Positions 1-4,553 of a stretch of 4,553 bases of DNA are shown here, piece after piece. The number at the start of each line of letters is the position of its first letter. Positions within the stretch are counted from its first letter, which is position 1. Made by a program: the position numbers and the translations under genes. Source of the DNA: a virus (taxonomy: Duplodnaviria; Heunggongvirae; Uroviricota; Caudoviricetes); IMG/VR virus record IMGVR_UViG_2671180770_000005; one strand, written 5' to 3'. The notes under the pieces were generated by a model, which made no database searches, was not told the DNA's origin, and saw only the letters and a program-made list of their open reading frames with translations.

Positions 1-16
1 TCGTAAACAATCCCAT
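1..16 (-). CDS. E: Major capsid protein (lambda gpE-like), first 5 codons only (MGLFT...); CDS continues beyond the window start
   Basis: Minus-strand ATG at 16..14 is preceded by an AAGGAA Shine-Dalgarno (plus 24..29) with ~8 nt spacing. It lies ~57 nt downstream of the D stop, matching lambda D-E order and spacing. MGLFT resembles the lambda gpE N-terminus (MSMYTT...) as recalled. Too short for the ORF track. Confidence 0.35.
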
Positions 17-44
17 AAATCAGTTCCTTTCATTCAGAAATCAG

Positions 45-66
45 TCAGGCCACCGCGGTGGCCTGA
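45..66. repeat. 22-bp perfect palindrome TCAGGCCACCGCGGTGGCCTGA in the D-E intergenic spacer (potential GC-rich RNA hairpin, ~9-bp stem with CGCG loop)
   Basis: Read directly from the sequence: positions 45..66 are identical to their reverse complement. It sits 7 nt downstream of the D stop codon (76..74) and upstream of the putative E ribosome-binding site. Confidence 0.6.
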
Positions 67-73
67 TAACGTG

Positions 74-421
74 TTACGGCAGCGCCGCATGACTCAGGGC
101 ACTGCCGGCAAAGGCATTTGCCTTTTTGTGTTCATCCACACTTTCAGGCCAGCGGATTGCCTCCGTCGCAAAGGTCCCCGACTTGTAATAGGTCAGTACC
201 GTCTCTGTGCCTTCAAGCGGCAGTACCAGTATGCCAACTGCACTACCGGCTTTCTGTCCGTCCCAGACCACCAGTTTCCCGGTAGCTTCATCCAGCATCA
301 GGGGCGTCAGTGCCGGTGTTGCCGAGGAAATCCCGCTGCTGCCTGTGGCGGTATGAGCCGGATCATTACCGGCAAAAATACGTACTTCCGCACGCTGTTC
401 AGTGATGGTTTTCGTCACCAT
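74..421 (-). CDS. D: Head decoration protein (lambda gpD-like), 115 aa
   Basis: ORF-track translation MVTKTITEQRAEVRIFAGNDPAHTATG...TPLMLD...KLVVWDG...AVGIL...YKSGTF...AFAG matches recalled lambda gpD motifs (SDPAHTAT, TPLMLD, KLVAWDG, FYKSGTF, AFAGTA). ATG at 421..419; position immediately downstream of C as in lambda. Confidence 0.9.
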   Translation of the reverse strand: MVTKTITEQRAEVRIFAGNDPAHTATGSSGISSATPALTPLMLDEATGKLVVWDGQKAGSAVGILVLPLEGTETVLTYYKSGTFATEAIRWPESVDEHKKANAFAGSALSHAALP

Positions 422-457
422 TTTGTTAAAACCTCATATTGATGGTCAGCACTGACT

Positions 458-1060
458 TCATGGCATGGCCATGAGCATTTTCACGTCCGCATCACCGTCT
501 GCTGACGTCTGTGGCACGCCACCCCGCACCGCTGCCGGTGAATGATTCGCCATGAAATGTTCAAACAGGGCTGTTGTGGATGCAGAGACCGGTTCGGCCT
601 TACCTGATCCCGCAGCCAGCACAGCCCGGGCGTTCTCCACGGTCATTCCCGGGCAGGCCGCCAGTTTTTCAGCCTGCGCTTCTGCCCCTTTTGCCTCATC
701 CAGGGCCATGATCTGATCACGAAGTGAGGGCCCGGCATCCGCCAGTGGTGCAGCCGCCAGGATCGGGCGGGCTTTTTCCACCGTCATCTCCGGCATCGCC
801 GCCAGCGTTGCCGCCAGTTGTTCACGACCTTTCGCTTCTTCACACGCCATAATGCGATCGGCTTCACTCTGCGCGGATGCCACCGGCTGCTGCGGTGCCG
901 CCGCGGCCAGAATCGCCCGGGCCTGTTCAACGCTCATGCCCTGTTGTCCTGCCAGCATCGTGGCAAGCTGTTCACGTCCTTTCGCTTCCTGGCATGTCAG
1001 GATCCCCATCACTCGCTGGTTCTCCTGCGCGGCGGCTTCCGTTGCAGTTAATTGCGGCAT
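458..1060 (-). CDS. nu3: Nested in-frame scaffolding protein (lambda Nu3-like), ~200 aa, translated from an internal start within C
   Basis: Internal ATG at 1060..1058 (Met292 of the C ORF) is preceded on the minus strand by AGAGGAGG-CACT-ATG, a strong Shine-Dalgarno embedded in the codons for R-G-G-T. In lambda, Nu3 is the in-frame C-terminal portion of gene C. The local sequence (GGTMPQLTATE) parallels lambda (SGGRMTKETQ) as recalled. Confidence 0.5.
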   Translation of the reverse strand: MPQLTATEAAAQENQRVMGILTCQEAKGREQLATMLAGQQGMSVEQARAILAAAAPQQPVASAQSEADRIMACEEAKGREQLAATLAAMPEMTVEKARPILAAAPLADAGPSLRDQIMALDEAKGAEAQAEKLAACPGMTVENARAVLAAGSGKAEPVSASTTALFEHFMANHSPAAVRGGVPQTSADGDADVKMLMAMP

Positions 1061-1933
1061 AGTGCCTCCTCTGACATTACTGTTCAGCGCCGTGGCCATC
1101 ACACTGATGGCATCCGACGCATTGATTAATTCATCCGCCAGCCCGGCCTCAATGCCGGACTGACCTTCAAAAACAGCGGCCTCTGTTCCCGTGACTGCAT
1201 CAACAGACAGACCGGTAAACATCGCCACTTTTTCGGCAAACATCCGGCGCGCCGCATCAATCCGCTGCTGCATGTCCTGGCGAACCTCTGCCGGCAACGC
1301 TTCAAACTGATTGCCATCCACCTTGTGCGCCCCTGAGTAAATCAGCGTGATATCCACACCGGCCTGCGCCAGATGACCGGCATAGCTGACATGGCTCATC
1401 ATCACGCCAATGGAACCGATACGGGATGTCTGGGTAACCAGCCGTCGGGAGCAGGCCGACGCCAGCAGCATGGCCGCAGAACAGGCCGTGTCATTACACA
1501 GTGCCCAGACCGGCTTCTGCTGCCGGAGGCGGTAAATCATGTCAGCGCAGTCAAACGCGCCGGCGGCCTGCCCGCCCGGACTGTCAATGTCCAGCAGTAT
1601 GCCCCGCACCTGGCTATCTGCCATTGCCTGCTGAAGACAGGCGACAATGCCGTCATAGCCAGTCATTCCGGAAAATGGCCGCATCCCCCCCAGCCGGTGC
1701 ACCAGCGTGCCGGTCACCGGCAGTACCGCAATACCGTTCACCACCCGGTAAACACGGGCCGGTCGTTTACCTCCGGCCATGTACTCGTCCGTTTCAGCCA
1801 GCATAGGTACCGAAAGACTTGCTGCCCCCATCTCGCGCCCGAGCGCGCAAAAGAAAACCCGCGCATAGGCGGGCTCCAGAAGCAGCGGTTCATTGAATGC
1901 TGCGGCAATAATGTGTGAAAGATTACGTCTCAC
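458..1933 (-). CDS. C: Prohead protease / scaffold protein (lambda gpC-like, S49/ClpP-type serine peptidase domain followed by a Nu3-like scaffold region), 491 aa, GTG start
   Basis: N-terminal ~280 aa resemble recalled lambda gpC (AFNEPLLLEPAYARVFF, GYDGIVACLQQA, GILLDIDSPGG, AGAFDCADMI, KPVWAL, RLVTQTSRIGSIGVMM, ITLIYSGAHKVDGN, TEAAVF, AGLADELIN). The C-terminal part carries a Nu3-like module. The ORF is in-frame with a stop 12 codons upstream of the GTG, so GTG at 1933..1931 is the only plausible start. Confidence 0.9.
   Translation of the reverse strand: MRRNLSHIIAAAFNEPLLLEPAYARVFFCALGREMGAASLSVPMLAETDEYMAGGKRPARVYRVVNGIAVLPVTGTLVHRLGGMRPFSGMTGYDGIVACLQQAMADSQVRGILLDIDSPGGQAAGAFDCADMIYRLRQQKPVWALCNDTACSAAMLLASACSRRLVTQTSRIGSIGVMMSHVSYAGHLAQAGVDITLIYSGAHKVDGNQFEALPAEVRQDMQQRIDAARRMFAEKVAMFTGLSVDAVTGTEAAVFEGQSGIEAGLADELINASDAISVMATALNSNVRGGTMPQLTATEAAAQENQRVMGILTCQEAKGREQLATMLAGQQGMSVEQARAILAAAAPQQPVASAQSEADRIMACEEAKGREQLAATLAAMPEMTVEKARPILAAAPLADAGPSLRDQIMALDEAKGAEAQAEKLAACPGMTVENARAVLAAGSGKAEPVSASTTALFEHFMANHSPAAVRGGVPQTSADGDADVKMLMAMP
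611..1015 (-). repeat. Three tandem degenerate repeats (period ~141-159 nt) inside the C/Nu3 coding region, each encoding a ~40-aa module (IMxxxEAKGxE...LA...PGMTVExARxILAA)
   Basis: Protein level: C ORF residues ~307-346, ~360-396 and ~406-441 align with each other. DNA level: near-identical core TTCACG(A/T)CCTTTCGCTTC at ~971-990 and ~821-840; the third copy (~611-718) is more diverged. Confidence 0.7.
1065..1072 (-). promoter_or_regulatory. Internal Shine-Dalgarno (AGAGGAGG) for the nested Nu3-like start
   Basis: Minus-strand AGAGGAGG lies 4-7 nt upstream of the in-frame ATG at 1060..1058. It is the strongest SD-like element inside the C reading frame that I could see. Confidence 0.5.
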
Positions 1934-3515
1934 GTGGTGTTGTCTCCTCTTCCGGCCTGCGACTCTCCGCTATCTGCTGCTGATACGCCTGCGCTATCCA
2001 CACCGGACGTGAGAGTCCGGCTTTTTCCCGCTCTGCAGATTCCCTGACCTGCTGGCGGAAAATGTCCTGATAATCCTCGCCCATCAGCGCCAGCTCTTTC
2101 TCATACGTGCTCAGTCCGGCCTCAATGCGCATCACTGATTCCTGAACCTCCTTGAGCCCGTCAATGGCCATTCTTCCGGCTCCAATCCACTCAGCCCGTG
2201 ACCAGGCTGATCGCGCCTGATAAAAATCAAAACGTGCCCGTGGCGGACGAATAATCCCCCGAAGAAGTGCCTCTTCCAGCCAGCAGGAAAACATCTGCGT
2301 GGCCAGCCGGGACGCAATAAATTTTCGCCGCCCCATAAAATAGCGCCACGACTCATTGGCGGATGCGCGGGCACTTGAATAACTGACCTTCGAGTAATCA
2401 CGGGACAACTGTTCGTAGGAAACGCCAAGACCGGCGGCGATATACCGCAGCAGCGCCTGTTCAAGCGCCGAAAATCCATTGTCTGAATCCTGCGCGGTCT
2501 GAAGTTTCAGATCATCACCGGGGAAAAGGTGCGGAATTTTGACACCGCCCAGCGTCACGCTATTCGTGTCATACCAGGTGGAGAACTTATCCAGAATATT
2601 AATAAGCGGATTATCCTTCTGCCCCTGCGGCGCACCGGCGATATATTCAAAGGCCTTTTCGGTATCAAGGTCACTTTCAATCGTCGCTGCATACATCGCC
2701 TTCACTATGGCCGACTGAAGCTGTGTTGCCTGCAGGGAATCGAGCATCTTCAGCCGTTCCATTACGCTGTAAAACTGATTGGCCCCACGGGTCTGCCCGT
2801 CCTCCACCGGCTCGAAAATATGCAGCATGGCCGGACGCCCGGTGGGAAGTTCACGCGGGATCCGTTCCCATCGTCCACTCCCGGAGAACGGAAAATCATC
2901 CTCACAGATATGGTACGCAACGGCACGACCATATCGATCGACCTCCACACCGGCCCGCAGAAAACGGTTCCCCATACCGTGTCCTGGCGTGTCCACCCGT
3001 TTCGGACTCACGGCTTTAAAACGCGTACGAAACAGTTGCGTGCTCTCCGTATCCCAGACCGGCTGCACAAAGATTTCGCCGTTAAACGCATGAACGCCCA
3101 CACCTTCACGAATAAATTCCGTAAACGTGCGTTTCTCTTCCACGTCGATCTCGCCAGACATCCCTTCGGCGTATTCCGACCAGGCCGCCTCCACCTCATC
3201 GACAAAACTTTTTGCCGCAGTCTCCCGCATCCCCAGCCAGCGCCAGTTCGGACGATAGCTGATCAGAAACATATGCCCGACAATATGATCCTTATGCAGG
3301 GCCACCGCATTGGCCGCTATCCCGTTATTGCGCACCAGATCATCTGCCCGGGCATTCCCCAGACGCAACGCAGGCAGCAGGGCTGCATCGGCACTCTGCG
3401 CCGGTGGCAACCACTCCGCCATTTGCCCGCCAAATCCTGCGCCGCCCCCGTTGTAGCTGAGACTCTCACGAAGCGGAACGCCGTTCACATCAATCAGGAC
3501 AGGCGTTCGTTTCAT
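1923..3515 (-). CDS. B: Portal protein (lambda gpB-like), 530 aa
   Basis: ORF-track translation matches recalled lambda gpB along its length (DAALLP, GNARADDLVRNNG, SPKR, IPRELP, HIFEPVEDGQTRGANQFYSVME, LQSAIVKAMYAATIES, PGDDLKLQTAQDSDNG, LLRYIAAGLGVSYEQLSR, SARASANESW, GRMAIDGLKEVQESVMRIEAGLSTYEKE). ATG at 3515..3513 overlaps the W stop (ATGA). Confidence 0.95.
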   Translation of the reverse strand: MKRTPVLIDVNGVPLRESLSYNGGGAGFGGQMAEWLPPAQSADAALLPALRLGNARADDLVRNNGIAANAVALHKDHIVGHMFLISYRPNWRWLGMRETAAKSFVDEVEAAWSEYAEGMSGEIDVEEKRTFTEFIREGVGVHAFNGEIFVQPVWDTESTQLFRTRFKAVSPKRVDTPGHGMGNRFLRAGVEVDRYGRAVAYHICEDDFPFSGSGRWERIPRELPTGRPAMLHIFEPVEDGQTRGANQFYSVMERLKMLDSLQATQLQSAIVKAMYAATIESDLDTEKAFEYIAGAPQGQKDNPLINILDKFSTWYDTNSVTLGGVKIPHLFPGDDLKLQTAQDSDNGFSALEQALLRYIAAGLGVSYEQLSRDYSKVSYSSARASANESWRYFMGRRKFIASRLATQMFSCWLEEALLRGIIRPPRARFDFYQARSAWSRAEWIGAGRMAIDGLKEVQESVMRIEAGLSTYEKELALMGEDYQDIFRQQVRESAEREKAGLSRPVWIAQAYQQQIAESRRPEEETTPRET

Positions 3516-3718
3516 AACCTCACTCCCAGCGGACGACGGCGACGCCGGGTTGTCCCCAGTACCGACTCCGCATCATTGATCGCCCGGTTAAGCTCATCCA
3601 GAGAAGCCGCCGTATATTCAATTCTGCGACCATCTTTCTGGACAGACACCACCCGTTTACCGGTTAATAAATCAAGGCGCGCCTGACGTAGCGCCTGTAG
3701 TTCAGCGACTGTAACCAT
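3512..3718 (-). CDS. W: Head completion / head-tail joining protein (lambda gpW-like), 68 aa
   Basis: 68 aa, the same length as lambda gpW. LLTGKRVVSVQKDGRRIEYTAASLDEL resembles recalled lambda W ([27 protein letters not shown]). Strong SD (GGAGGAG) 5 nt upstream of ATG 3718..3716. Lies between terminase and portal as in lambda. Confidence 0.85.
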   Translation of the reverse strand: MVTVAELQALRQARLDLLTGKRVVSVQKDGRRIEYTAASLDELNRAINDAESVLGTTRRRRRPLGVRL

Positions 3719-4553
3719 TCACTCCTCCGGACAGCTTCGCTGCCAGTTCTTTAAGGGTTGGCCGGGTCGTCTCTTCTTCCCGGGATTTTGCTAGTACAGC
3801 CAGATCAAGCTGCCAGCGTTGCACGGACACACGTAATGCCGCGTAGGCATACACCAGGCAGTCCAGCGCTTCGTTACGCCGCTTTTTGTTATCCCACAGC
3901 AGACGCATCTTTCCTTTTTCCCACTTCTCCACAAGCTCTTCCGCGACCAGTTGCTGCGCCTCTGTCTGCGAAAAAATCTCCGGATCATCAGGAAAACGGA
4001 TGGCATACGACGTGGCTTCATCCGCAGGCGTGGGATCGGCTTTCATACGGGCATAGAGAATTTCTTTTGCGGTGTCCGTCCCCACTTCACACAGATACAC
4101 GCCCCGCTGATTGCGGGTTTTCGGCATGGTGATCACCGGCTTGCCATAGACAGATGCGCCTTTTACCGGCAGCACCCGGAAAACACCGTGTTTTTTTGAC
4201 CTCTGATAGACAATTTCACCATCGATCCCCCCGGTGTCCCAGCAGACACGGGAAATGGTCATTTCGGTTCCGTCTGCATGGCAGTATTTTTTGTTGATCG
4301 CCGCATCCACACGTAACAGCGTCTCTTCCTCATCGGGACGGCCCATAATGATGATTTTATCCACCAGAAAAGCTTCCTCTCCCGGTGCCCATCCCCAGAC
4401 ATACATCTCAAAACGGTTTCGCTGCGAGTCAATGCCCGCCGTCAGATAAACCACCCGGGCAGGTACCGCCGCCGTGTAATGCACGACCTTATCCATCAGT
4501 ACCTGGTGATCGAGTTTTTCGCCCACGGCTTCTTCCCAGGTCTCGCCCAGCGT
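3702..4553 (-). CDS. A: Terminase large subunit (lambda gpA-like), C-terminal ~283 codons; 5' portion of the gene lies beyond the window end
   Basis: ORF-track protein (GEKLDHQVLMDKVVHYTAAVPARVVYLTAGIDSQ...CWDTGGID...KHGVFRV...KGASVYGKP...GTDTAKE...TEAQQL...KKRRNEALDC...RWQLDL) closely matches the recalled lambda gpA C-terminal region. The frame stays open through 4527..4553 (TLGETWEEA, as in lambda), so the track start at 4526 is an internal GTG/Val codon, not the true start. Confidence 0.92.
   Translation of the reverse strand, partial: TLGETWEEAVGEKLDHQVLMDKVVHYTAAVPARVVYLTAGIDSQRNRFEMYVWGWAPGEEAFLVDKIIIMGRPDEEETLLRVDAAINKKYCHADGTEMTISRVCWDTGGIDGEIVYQRSKKHGVFRVLPVKGASVYGKPVITMPKTRNQRGVYLCEVGTDTAKEILYARMKADPTPADEATSYAIRFPDDPEIFSQTEAQQLVAEELVEKWEKGKMRLLWDNKKRRNEALDCLVYAYAALRVSVQRWQLDLAVLAKSREEETTRPTLKELAAKLSGGVNGYSR

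Noticed and set aside
30-33. Alternative minus-strand ATG (33..31) as the major capsid start
   Set aside because: No Shine-Dalgarno upstream, and the frame gives MKGTDLWDCL, unlike a capsid N-terminus. The ATG at 16..14 has an AAGGAA SD and gives MGLFT, resembling lambda gpE.
71-442. 123-aa plus-strand ORF antisense to the D gene
   Set aside because: Antisense to the gpD-like CDS, GTG start, Cys/Arg-rich implausible product. Genuine late genes all run on the minus strand.
445-456. Near-palindrome GTCAGCACTGAC in the C-D spacer
   Set aside because: Only a 4-5 bp stem with a minimal loop. Too weak to propose as a structural or regulatory element.
818-1317. Short ORFs (818..1051 +, 852..1163 +, 877..1062 +, 1126..1317 -) overlapping gene C
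   Set aside because: Alternative-frame or antisense artefacts in a GC-rich repeat-containing coding region. No ribosome-binding sites or recognisable motifs.
1373-1918. 181-aa plus-strand ORF (and nested 1501..1806) antisense to gene C
   Set aside because: Antisense to a well-supported protease domain. Composition is Arg/Pro/Gly/His-rich, with no recognisable motifs and no ribosome-binding site.
2132-2479. 115-aa minus-strand ORF inside the portal gene in another frame
   Set aside because: Out-of-frame overlap with a conserved portal region. No independent start signal and a low-complexity product.
2529-3686. 385-aa plus-strand ORF antisense to the portal gene
   Set aside because: Entirely overlapped by the portal CDS, which has strong lambda gpB similarity. 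Translation is Arg/Pro/His-rich low-complexity typical of the antisense frame of GC-rich coding DNA. Starts at GTG with no convincing ribosome-binding site.
3758-4199. Several 60-125-aa ORFs (3758..4132 +, 3951..4199 +, 3791..4021 -) overlapping the terminase gene
   Set aside because: All lie within or antisense to the strongly conserved terminase reading frame. They are alternative-frame artefacts.
1-4553. Relatively high GC content (roughly 55-60 percent by spot counts) as a sign of foreign origin or unusual host
   Set aside because: The head/tail arm of lambda itself is GC-rich at a similar level, so composition is uninformative about host or novelty.
1-4553. Search for tRNA, CRISPR repeats, IS terminal inverted repeats, integrase or toxin-antitoxin-like small ORFs
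   Set aside because: No regularly spaced short direct repeats, no cloverleaf-like segments, and no unassigned intergenic space long enough to hold such elements.

Overview
The whole window is a tightly packed, co-directional (minus-strand) head-morphogenesis and DNA-packaging module of a lambda-like (Lambdavirus-type) phage or prophage. Reading 5'->3' on the minus strand, the gene order is: terminase large subunit (C-terminal ~283 codons, upstream part lies beyond position 4553), W-like head completion protein, portal protein B, prohead protease/scaffold C with an in-frame nested Nu3-like scaffold ORF, decoration protein D, and the first 5 codons of the major capsid protein E running off the window start. 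Assignments rest on the ORF-track translations, which closely resemble lambda gpA, gpW, gpB, gpC/Nu3 and gpD as I recall them; no search was run. Adjacent genes overlap or are separated by no more than about 57 nt, so there is no room for inserted cargo. I see no tRNA, CRISPR array, IS element, integrase or defence-like gene, and no evidence of a novel system. The most notable features are a threefold tandem repeat of a ~40-aa helical module in the C/Nu3 scaffold region, an internal Shine-Dalgarno plus ATG for the nested scaffold, a 22-bp perfect palindrome between D and E, and overlapping gene junctions. All plus-strand ORFs in the track are antisense to these genes and are judged spurious. 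Base-level coordinates were derived by hand from the printed sequence and should be re-verified computationally.
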